A DNA stretch of 64,000 nt, from NCBI GenBank assembly GCA_965248695.1, contig CBDFKD010000002.1, forward strand, positions 5,161,691-5,225,690, given 5' to 3'. The stretch is from Acidobacteriota bacterium. GTDB taxonomy: Bacteria > Acidobacteriota > UBA890 > WLXD01. The notes beneath the pieces were generated by a model. The model worked only from the letters and a program-made list of their open reading frames with translations. It did not search any database and was not told the origin of the DNA. Both the position numbers and the translations under genes were made by a program. Shown in pieces: positions 57,033 through 63,941 of this stretch (its first letter is position 1; each line of letters begins with the position of its first letter).

Positions 57033-57119
57033 GCCATCGTGGCGAAATCGGCAAACGCACCCGGTTTGCGACCGGGCGGCTGTCTAGGCCTTGTGGGTTC
57101 GAGTCCCACCGATGGCACC
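57033..57119 (+). tRNA. Class II (long variable arm) tRNA, Leu-type body, anticodon UGC
   Basis: Acceptor 57033-57039 pairs with 57110-57116. 3-bp D stem with an 11-nt loop. Anticodon stem 57060-57064 pairs with 57072-57076, loop TTTGCGA. 16-nt variable arm. T arm GTGGG TTCGAGT CCCAC. Discriminator A followed by CC. Confidence 0.7.
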
Positions 57120-57189
57120 TAAAGTACCTCCAGCAGCATCGAACCGTAGCCGCCGTGCCGCCACGATGGCGAATGTTACTTGTAACAGT

Positions 57190-57345
57190 ATGGCGCAACG
57201 TGACACAGACCGTAAGGAACCGTCGAAGCCCGGCCCTGATGCCGAGCGGCTGAAGATCGACGACGATCCCGAGGAAGCCCTACAGCGGCTCCTGAAGAAC
57301 GCCCCCGCGCCAGAAGAACCGCGACCGCCCCGTCGACCGCGTTGA
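57190..57345 (+). CDS. Small hypothetical protein (51 aa)
   Basis: ORF MAQRDTDRKEPSKPGPDAERLKIDDDPEEALQRLLK... No strong SD. Confidence 0.25.
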   Translation: MAQRDTDRKEPSKPGPDAERLKIDDDPEEALQRLLKNAPAPEEPRPPRRPR

Positions 57346-57421
57346 CTGACAACAGCCGGTATTCAGCGACCGTCGCCACCCTCAGCAGATTTCAACAGGT
57401 ACATACTCCCGAATACCTTTG

Positions 57422-57465
57422 AACAAAATATCGGGTGGCCCTCGTTTCTTCGATAGGCCACCCGA
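57422..57465 (-). terminator. Rho-independent terminator (minus strand)
   Basis: 10-bp stem, 57431-57440 pairing with 57456-57465. On the minus strand it is followed by TATTTTGTT. Confidence 0.55.
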
Positions 57466-57539
57466 AGAAGTCCCGTAGCTCAGGGACACCCGTCTCACGT
57501 GCCCCCTAGGTTAGCACAAGCGAAGCGCTCCACAGCGCC

Positions 57540-57727
57540 GGTTTTGAGATAACGAACCAAAGGTGGTCGTCGTGAATGCCGGTCGTGTCGTGAAAGCTGT
57601 CGCCGGCCTCAACAATCACCCCGCTGCACCAGCTGATCGGATTATGTCGACCTTCTTGCTGAACGCGTTTGTTAGGCGAGTAAATCTGCGCATGTTCATG
57701 CGCATGGTCAGGTTCTGCCGCTCGATT
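57540..57727 (-). pseudogene. IS1-family transposase 3' fragment
   Basis: Encodes ERQNLTMRMNMRRFTRLTNAFSKK, compared with ERQNLTMRMSMRRFTRLTNGFSKS in the intact copy at 59059-59895. Downstream frames are broken, and the fragment is truncated at 57727. Confidence 0.6.
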
Positions 57728-57887
57728 CGCCGGAGAGCCGATGAGCTAGAAGAACTTCTCATCGAAAGCGTCGATGACCCATCCGACCTCGACCACGAGC
57801 GCGTCAAGGCTCTCGAATACAGCCAAGCCGGTATCAGGCCCCATACCTTCGCCGAAGACTACGCGCGCGACCACAAGCGTATCCATT
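57726..57887. repeat. 162-bp perfect direct repeat, copy A
   Basis: Identical base for base to 62546-62707. Confidence 0.9.
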
Positions 57888-58098
57888 CGGCAACTAATGC
57901 AGATCCGAATCCGAAAATGAGAGCAAACCGCAACAGCGATCGCGTCGGCTGCGAGAATGCCCCCGGCAAACGGGTGCTGTCCTAATTTGAACTGCTCGAA
58001 GTTTATGAGTGATTTACAACGATTTATATCATGCAGGATGGACTCTCCCTTAACTTACTTTATACTTTCACTTAAATCGTATTGACGGGAGAGAGACT

Positions 58099-58701
58099 AT
58101 GGTTCTAGGCTCTGACAGGTTGTGGGAAACGGCGTTTAGGGGACTCATGGACCCGAAATTGCTTGTCGAAAGGTACCAGTACTTATCCAGGAAGCGACGC
58201 GAGATCGAGGGGAAGATGGCGGCCCTGGCGGAAATGCAGCAAGTCTTAGGGGTGGAATTGGACGACGTAAACGACCAGCGCGCCATGCTTTGGCTTCAGC
58301 TCGATCGACAGGCTCTGCTTGATCGTGACGATATCCGCGAGTATCTCGGTGACGCCACGAAGCCGCCTGGCATCAAGCGCGTGCGTGCCGAACAGGTAGA
58401 CCGAGACTTGATGAGATACCTGGCCAATCAAGATGGTCGGGAATGGCGCGTCCGGGACATCCTCACGCACAAGAACGCCATGCGGCTCGGCCATATGTCT
58501 GATAGCGGTGTTCGGGCGGCGATTAACCGCGCCATCGAGCGCGGCGAACTGGAGAAGACTGGCGGATGGGGGATCGTTCGCGTATCGGACCGAGGTAAGG
58601 AGTCTTACGGTCTTGATGCCGAGGCTGACTTGGAAGAACAAGACATGGACCTGGCCGAGAAAGAGGCCATGGAAAAGGAGAAGGCTAGGCCACCGTTCTG
58701 A
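58099..58701 (+). CDS. Hypothetical protein with a winged-helix-like C-terminal region
   Basis: ORF preceded by an AT-rich region with TTGACG. No family recognised. Confidence 0.4.
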   Translation: MVLGSDRLWETAFRGLMDPKLLVERYQYLSRKRREIEGKMAALAEMQQVLGVELDDVNDQRAMLWLQLDRQALLDRDDIREYLGDATKPPGIKRVRAEQVDRDLMRYLANQDGREWRVRDILTHKNAMRLGHMSDSGVRAAINRAIERGELEKTGGWGIVRVSDRGKESYGLDAEADLEEQDMDLAEKEAMEKEKARPPF

Positions 58702-58706
58702 ACAAA

Positions 58707-58738
58707 GAGCCCGCCGCTGCGGTAACAGCGACGGGCTC
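58707..58738 (+). terminator. Hairpin after 58099-58701
   Basis: 13-bp stem with one mismatch and a 6-nt loop. No U-tract. Confidence 0.35.
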
Positions 58739-58752
58739 CGACAACTTGTGAT

Positions 58753-58827
58753 GGCCTCGTGGACAACAGACGGTCAAGTCGCGGGACTGGAAATCCCGAG
58801 ATCCCGGTTCGACACCGGGCGGGGCCT
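58753..58827 (+). tRNA. Class I tRNA, Cys-like body, anticodon GGA
   Basis: Acceptor GGCCTCG pairs with CGGGGCC (one G-U pair). Anticodon stem CGGGA/TCCCG with loop CTGGAAA. 4-nt variable loop. T arm CCCGG TTCGACA CCGGG. Discriminator T. CCA not encoded. Confidence 0.65.
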
Positions 58828-58999
58828 CACCTTTCTCCCCTGACAGCAAGGAGGGTCAGATGATAGCGCGAGCACCACCGTCAGCGCATCCCTGAACGCC
58901 GAAGGGGCCGGGGTGCGTCTCACGATGCTCCCCGGCCACCTATAAGTCGCCCGGCCCGCTGCACGAACAGCGAACCGGGCTAGATCCAAGACGCGGGCA

Positions 59000-59960
59000 T
59001 AGGCCGCATCGGACCCTCACAGCCATTGTGGTCCTGCCCGCCATCCGGAGCAAGACCGATGGCGAACGTACTGGCCCCCGAGAAGAAGCGCATGATCATC
59101 GCCGCCCTGGTGGAGGGCAACAGCATCCGCAGCATCGAGCGCATGACCGGCTGTCACCGAGACACGATCTGCCGGCTGCTCGTGCGGGTAGGTGAAGGCT
59201 GCGAAGCCATGATGCGCGAGCGGTTCACCGGTTTGCGCCTTGACGATCTCCAGGTCGATGAAATCTGGACCTACGTCCAGAAGAAGCAGGCCACGGTGAT
59301 CAGGTCCGGCAAGCGCGTGAATCCCAAGCATGGTGATCAATGGGTTTTCGTCGCGCTCGATGCCGAAACGAAGTTGGTGCCGCATTGGATCGTCGGCAAG
59401 CGCGACGGCTACAACTCCTACCAGATGATCTCGGAGCTGGCCCGTAGGATCGACGGGCCGTTCCAACTGACCACGGACGCTTTCGCTGGCTACAAGGCCG
59501 CTCTCGGAGTCGTGGCGGCTCGTGGTATCGACTACGCACAGCAGACCAAGAGCTATACGGCCACGAATCCATCCTTCGGACGTTACTCACCACCAAGGGT
59601 CAGCCACTGCACAACTCAGGTTGTGGCCGGAGATCCAGATCCGGAGGCGATCTCCACGAGCTACGTCGAGCGTCAGAACCTGACCATGCGGATGAGTATG
59701 CGACGGTTCACCCGGCTGACGAACGGCTTCTCAAAGTCGCTGCGCAACCTGGAAGCCGCTGTGTCGCTGCACTTCGCCTGGTACAACTTCGTGCGGATTC
59801 ACGACAGCCTGCGGAGCACGCCGGCCGTTGTGGCCGAAGTAGTTAGTACCGAGTTGGCGATGGACGACCTGCTGGCCTTCGAGGCGGGCTACTAATGCTC
59901 GGTGATTTCCACAGGATATCCACAACGGGTGGCGCTCCTGTTGATGATGACCCCCAACAT
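59000..59960 (+). mobile_element. IS1-family insertion sequence (ends approximate)
   Basis: Single transposase ORF. Short similar inverted blocks CCATTGTGG at about 59023 and CCACAACGG at about 59921. Exact termini not resolved. Confidence 0.4.
59059..59895 (+). CDS. IS1-family transposase
   Basis: N-terminal HTH (GNSIRSIERMTGCHRDTICRLL). DDE region. C-terminal YVERQNLTMRMSMRRFTRLTNGFSK motif. Confidence 0.75.
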   Translation: MANVLAPEKKRMIIAALVEGNSIRSIERMTGCHRDTICRLLVRVGEGCEAMMRERFTGLRLDDLQVDEIWTYVQKKQATVIRSGKRVNPKHGDQWVFVALDAETKLVPHWIVGKRDGYNSYQMISELARRIDGPFQLTTDAFAGYKAALGVVAARGIDYAQQTKSYTATNPSFGRYSPPRVSHCTTQVVAGDPDPEAISTSYVERQNLTMRMSMRRFTRLTNGFSKSLRNLEAAVSLHFAWYNFVRIHDSLRSTPAVVAEVVSTELAMDDLLAFEAGY

Positions 59961-60013
59961 GTTGTGGTCGTGATGTTGACCACGGGACTTCCCGCAGGCT
60001 ACAACAACAAAGA

Positions 60014-60034
60014 CCCGACGGGTTCACCGTCGGG
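60014..60034. terminator. Bidirectional hairpin terminator candidate
   Basis: Stem CCCGACGG/CCGTCGGG. T-rich flank on the minus strand (TCTTTGTTGTTG) and a weak one on the plus strand (CCTTTG). Confidence 0.4.
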
Positions 60035-60189
60035 CCTTTGACCAAACCAGTTGTCACCCGGCGTAGGCGCGCCGGGACTTTGATGCTCTGTCGGAGCATA
60101 GGCCGCTCTGACCTTGAGCGTCAAGTCGCACCCGGTGCGTCTGTCGGGTGGCAACGCAGCGCCCGCATTATGCGGGAGGAGTAACTGCA

Positions 60190-60345
60190 ATGCCAACTAC
60201 AGGCAAGACTGCCACCACGTCCGGGATCTACCGGGCCAGCGACTGCGGCTACGAAATCGCCCTCAGCCGAGGGGAACGATTTCCACCGTGTCCGATGCAT
60301 CGGCGTGCTGTGACGTGGACTCTGGTGAGGGCGACGAAGCACTAA
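60190..60345 (+). CDS. Small zinc-ribbon protein (51 aa)
   Basis: ATG lies 9 nt after GGAGGAG. CGYEI...FPPCP pattern. Confidence 0.5.
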   Translation: MPTTGKTATTSGIYRASDCGYEIALSRGERFPPCPMHRRAVTWTLVRATKH

Positions 60346-60724
60346 CGTAGCCCGACACCGCATCACTGTTGTAACCGAAGAGGTGCCCCATTACCCAATC
60401 GGGGCACCTCTTCCTCGTCTCCAAGAGAGCTTCTAGGGCGTAGGCGTGACGATATACGCCTAGCGCCCACTGGCCGCGTTCGACCTCCAAGAGGAACCCG
60501 CTGATCGGCAGCGATAGCGAGGACAAGAGAGTCTGTAGCTCGCTGGCGAACGCGGGCAAGTCTTCGCTCGCGATGTTGCGCGCTCCGACCTCGGCAATGG
60601 GTTTACCACCCCAAGCTACCCATTCGGCATACGCCGAAATCCGGCCCGCTTCGTAGTCGGTGATCATTTTTTTGAGATCACTCCGATCCGGCGCGCTGTC
60701 GCCCTCCATTAGGCTAACAGGCAC
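60263..60724 (-). CDS. Hypothetical 153-aa protein
   Basis: ORF with ordinary composition. Its 3' end overlaps 60190-60345 convergently by 83 nt. Confidence 0.4.
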   Translation of the reverse strand: MPVSLMEGDSAPDRSDLKKMITDYEAGRISAYAEWVAWGGKPIAEVGARNIASEDLPAFASELQTLLSSLSLPISGFLLEVERGQWALGVYRHAYALEALLETRKRCPDWVMGHLFGYNSDAVSGYVSASSPSPESTSQHADASDTVEIVPLG

Positions 60725-60809
60725 AAACGCTCCTCGAAACGGCCAGCAAAATCCGTACCAAACTGACTTTCAGTGACTTTCATAATGGGACACTACCCAT
60801 ACGAGATCA

Positions 60810-61424
60810 CTACCCTGGCAGGCGGCCGGGGCTGGCGCGAACGCCGAGCACGGTGTTGGTTTCCGGGTCGATGTCGCATTGGTAGGTGTGGTTCTGCCAA
60901 GCACCGAGGCCATTTTGGAACTGGATCTTGTCGCCGATCAGGGTGAGGGTTCCGGCAGACTGATCCTTCCAGCGGAAGCGGCTGAACTTTGGCTCAAGGA
61001 AGCCGTCTGTCCACTGGTGGCTGTATTGCGCTAGCCGCTCGATGCGGTCTTCGCAGTACACACCTGTAGAGATGTGCCTGTTGCCCCAGCAGTTGAGGTC
61101 TTGCCGACAGGCCGTGTCGCTGACCGAAGGTGCGGAAGACGAGCCTGACCCTGGGTCATCCGTGCTGAGGACGTAGACGCAAAAAGCCAGTCCTAGCAGA
61201 AGCATCACCACACATCCCATGGCGGTCTTGCTGGCCTGCTTTTTCTCTGCAGCCGCCGTCTCGGCGGTGAGGCTGGGTGCCGAGTCCTCGGGCTCGGGGG
61301 CTGCAGTGGCTGGGGGCGCGGCCGCGGCCGGATCCTCCGTTCCAACCGGGCAACCGCACTGCGGACAGGCTGCCGCCTGGTCGGAAATCTGAGCCTTGCA
61401 TTCAGGGCATTCGATCAGAGCCAA
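60810..61424 (-). CDS. Zinc-ribbon / single-TM protein with an extracytoplasmic Cys-containing domain
   Basis: N-terminal CPECK...CPQCG, Ala/Pro linker, TM helix MGCVVMLLLGLAFCVYVL. Confidence 0.5.
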   Translation of the reverse strand: MALIECPECKAQISDQAAACPQCGCPVGTEDPAAAAPPATAAPEPEDSAPSLTAETAAAEKKQASKTAMGCVVMLLLGLAFCVYVLSTDDPGSGSSSAPSVSDTACRQDLNCWGNRHISTGVYCEDRIERLAQYSHQWTDGFLEPKFSRFRWKDQSAGTLTLIGDKIQFQNGLGAWQNHTYQCDIDPETNTVLGVRASPGRLPG

Positions 61425-61661
61425 CGTCGGTTTCCCCGTTCAGCGTTCACCGACCCTCGGGTGAGGTCGGCCTGTAGCGTGTAGAGCCTGCCGTAGCAGG
61501 CGCTCTCGGTCCTCCAGCGCGCTCCCCACGCGGCCTTCTCATCTTCTCCTTGTGTTAACAGACATTTGTCTAGTATGGTCTGCCACTTTGGATTAGAGCA
61601 CACACGTACGGATACCGCTACCGGAAGCAGCCCCCTCGCCTCCCGGTTCGGAATGCTGGGA

Positions 61662-61784
61662 GGCATAAAGCATGGAGTGGATTGCGGCCAGTTTCGGATT
61701 TCTAGTCGGGGTCATCATCGGTGTTCGATGGGGCGTAGCTTCGGTGCTGCGCGTGGCTCGGGATCGTCGCCGTATTCGGCTCCG
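61662..61784 (+). CDS. Candidate 40-aa hydrophobic/Arg-rich peptide
   Basis: GGGAGG lies 8 nt upstream of the ATG. Peptide MEWIAASFGFLVGVIIGVRWGVASVLRVARDRRRIRLRVP. Overlaps the 3' end of the minus-strand HTH gene. Confidence 0.3.
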
Positions 61785-62119
61785 AGTTCCCTAACAATCT
61801 TTTCAAGCTCGTCTACGTCCGCTTCGTATTCTTCTTTGATCTGGAAAAGCAAATCCATCAGGCGGAGGGTTCGTATGCGCGAGCGCGTGAGCCCCGGCAG
61901 ATGAACCGCCAAGGCATCAATGAGCCCCTGGCCGCTCGGGTGCGACTTGCCCGTGATCCAGTTACTCAGCGTCGGTTGTGGGACACCTATTAGGCGGGCA
62001 GTAGCGCTCTTGTTCATGCCGCTTTCCTCGATCGAAGCCTCGATCGCCGAGCCCAGGTACCGCCTGAGGTAGATGTGTCCGTGTTTCTTGCGGGGTCGCA
62101 CGCGATCAATACTTAGCAC
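61715..62119 (-). CDS. HTH (Cro/CI-type) regulator
   Basis: GMNKSATARLIGVPQPTLSNWITGK. Divergent from 62182-62415. Confidence 0.6.
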   Translation of the reverse strand: MLSIDRVRPRKKHGHIYLRRYLGSAIEASIEESGMNKSATARLIGVPQPTLSNWITGKSHPSGQGLIDALAVHLPGLTRSRIRTLRLMDLLFQIKEEYEADVDELEKIVRELGAEYGDDPEPRAAPKLRPIEHR

Positions 62120-62181
62120 TTCCTGCCGACGGGTGCCGGAAAGCTATTGCGCTATCCAGTGAAACAGGTTATCTTTCTTCT

Positions 62182-62415
62182 ATGAGATTCAGCAGAGAAA
62201 CACTCCGATCTGCACGGGAAGAGGCGGGAATGTCCCGCGAGGACGCTGCCTTCTTCTTGCGGCAGTCTGGAAACGGTGTGTCGGTACGCACACTGCTTAA
62301 TTGGGAGAGCGGTCGGTCGGAACCGCCGGCAGGCCAACTCGTGAATTTGGCGAATTTGTACGGCGTGAACCCAGTTGCATTTTTTTCACCAGATTCAACC
62401 AGTAACGCAGCCTAA
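62182..62415 (+). CDS. XRE-family HTH regulator
   Basis: GMSREDAAFFLRQSGNGVSVRTLLNWESGR. Confidence 0.6.
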   Translation: MRFSRETLRSAREEAGMSREDAAFFLRQSGNGVSVRTLLNWESGRSEPPAGQLVNLANLYGVNPVAFFSPDSTSNAA

Positions 62416-62545
62416 GACGAATACTCATACTCGACGAGGTCGCATAGAAACCCCATGACGCTACCGAACGCAGACACCCACACGCCACTGCGGAATCAGG
62501 CGGGTAGCGCAGTGGGCGAGGCCATCGTCACGCTTCTCATGGAGC

Positions 62546-62707
62546 TTCGCCGGAGAGCCGATGAGCTAGAAGAACTTCTCATCGAAAGCGTCGATGACCC
62601 ATCCGACCTCGACCACGAGCGCGTCAAGGCTCTCGAATACAGCCAAGCCGGTATCAGGCCCCATACCTTCGCCGAAGACTACGCGCGCGACCACAAGCGT
62701 ATCCATT
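62546..62707. repeat. 162-bp perfect direct repeat, copy B
   Basis: Identical to 57726-57887. Covers the 3' end of the minus-strand gene 62566-63327. Confidence 0.9.
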
Positions 62708-63327
62708 TGCACTTTTGGGGGTGCAGAGAAGACGAGGGTCGCGATTTTTGCGTTGTGTACCAGGCGGGGCTTGGTGACGGCGATGAACGTTTTGGGCTGG
62801 CCAGCGGATTCGTCATCGACGAGAGCGTTCAAACGGAAGCGCTCGGGCATCGCGGCGACGACCGAGAGCAATTTGTGCTTGTTCCGGTTGTCCAGTCTTC
62901 TCAGAAGGGAGAGGGGCGCCATCACGGGATCGTCACCTTGGTACGGCTGAACTCGCTCGATCAAGGATCTGGCCTCAGCGGGAAGGCTGGCAATGCGCCG
63001 AGCCCCGCGCGATTCGTATGCCCGTTCGGAGTCGAAGATCGGAAACAGGGTCAGTGTGTCATCAAGATCCGCCCCAGAAAGCTCCCAGGCGATGTAGTCG
63101 AGCGAGCACCGCAGGTTGTGGATGCAATCGCCGATGGTCAGCGCCCACTCACTACTGGGCAAAGCAGGAGGATCTTTGACGCGAGCGACGTAGCGGACTT
63201 CGTCGATCTCAGCCTCAACGACGATTCGATAGAGGTTCGCTTCAAAGAAGGAGTCAGTTTCTCTTTTAAGCGCTTCGAGGTGCTGTCTCGCCCGACGAAG
63301 TTTGGCGCGACTTCCATCAAGCCCCAA
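62566..63327 (-). CDS. Unknown protein downstream of an XRE regulator
   Basis: ORF open to 63432. Start chosen at the TTG at 63327, 9 nt after GAGGAG. Blocks GDCIHNLRCSLDYIAWEL and LRRLDNRNKHKLL. The plus-strand ORF 62455-63378 is judged an antisense shadow. Confidence 0.5.
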   Translation of the reverse strand: MGLDGSRAKLRRARQHLEALKRETDSFFEANLYRIVVEAEIDEVRYVARVKDPPALPSSEWALTIGDCIHNLRCSLDYIAWELSGADLDDTLTLFPIFDSERAYESRGARRIASLPAEARSLIERVQPYQGDDPVMAPLSLLRRLDNRNKHKLLSVVAAMPERFRLNALVDDESAGQPKTFIAVTKPRLVHNAKIATLVFSAPPKVQMDTLVVARVVFGEGMGPDTGLAVFESLDALVVEVGWVIDAFDEKFF

Positions 63328-63389
63328 TTGGCACAGCTCCTCGGGATTGAGGTCGACGACGACGGGGAGGCGGCGTGAGCGGCGTGAGG

Positions 63390-63605
63390 CTAGTCGAACT
63401 CGACGCCTTCCAGAAGCTCGTCGACGGTGCATTCCAGGGCGCGGGCGATCTTCGCGACGTTCTCGATTCCAGGGCTTCTTGTGTTGCCGCTCAGAATCTT
63501 GTTCAGCTGGCTTCGAGCCATCCGCGCCCGATAAGCCGTCTCCTCGATCGAGATTTCCTTCTCCTGGATTACGGCTCGCACACGCTGCCCAAACGTCAAG
63601 CTCAT
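63390..63605 (-). CDS. XRE-family HTH regulator
   Basis: Start at MSLTFGQRV. HTH ISIEETAYRARMARSQLNKILSG. Confidence 0.65.
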   Translation of the reverse strand: MSLTFGQRVRAVIQEKEISIEETAYRARMARSQLNKILSGNTRSPGIENVAKIARALECTVDELLEGVEFD

Positions 63606-63657
63606 GCGCCAGACGCTATTCGTGTGAGTTTCCCCCATCAATCTTCGCAAATACTAC

Positions 63658-63687
63658 TTGACGAATCTGCAACTTCTCTTGTATAAA
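63658..63687 (+). promoter_or_regulatory. Sigma70-like promoter within a divergent switch region
   Basis: TTGACG at 63658-63663, an 18-nt spacer, then TATAAA at 63682-63687. Flanked by the inverted motifs ATCTGC/GCAGAT and GCAAAT/ATTTGC. Confidence 0.45.
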
Positions 63688-63731
63688 TATAGACAGCGCA
63701 GATTTGCAAGGTCATAACCGGAAGCTCGATC

Positions 63732-63941
63732 ATGGATAATCGCATCAAGGAAGAACGCGAAAAGCGGGGCATGACTCAAATGGCCTTGGCTGTCGCCGCT
63801 GGGCTCCACCCAGGACACGTCAGCCGGATCGAAAACGGCTCCGGCTGCGAGCTGAAGACTGCACGCAAACTCGCTGACGCGCTCGAAGTAACCCTCGATG
63901 AGCTAGTCGGGCCGCGACGAAGCTGCCTAGGAGCCCCATGA
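63732..63941 (+). CDS. XRE-family HTH regulator (Cro-like position)
   Basis: GMTQMALAVAAGLHPGHVSRIENG. Confidence 0.65.
   Translation: MDNRIKEEREKRGMTQMALAVAAGLHPGHVSRIENGSGCELKTARKLADALEVTLDELVGPRRSCLGAP

Noticed and set aside
57563-57985. 140-aa plus-strand ORF
   Set aside because: It spans an IS1 fragment read antisense plus the 162-bp duplicated segment. It is a chimeric reading frame created by the mosaic junction and has no start context.
59026-59969. 8-bp direct repeat TTGTGGTC (59026-59033 and 59962-59969) as the target duplication of the IS1-family element
   Set aside because: The sequences just inside these repeats are not inverted repeats of each other, so the IS ends remain unresolved.
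61415-61666. 83-aa minus-strand ORF, and a 33-aa Arg-rich ORF after AAGGAG near 61540
   Set aside because: Both have poor composition. The SD-to-ATG spacing is only ~3 nt for the short one. The region more likely holds the promoter/operator for 60810-61424 (palindrome AGACATTTGTCT).
62455-63378. 307-aa plus-strand ORF starting MTLPNADTHTPL
   Set aside because: Beyond the first ~85 residues the composition is shadow-like. The opposite strand encodes a natural-looking protein with an SD-preceded TTG start. Only its conserved 5' end is kept, as a finding.
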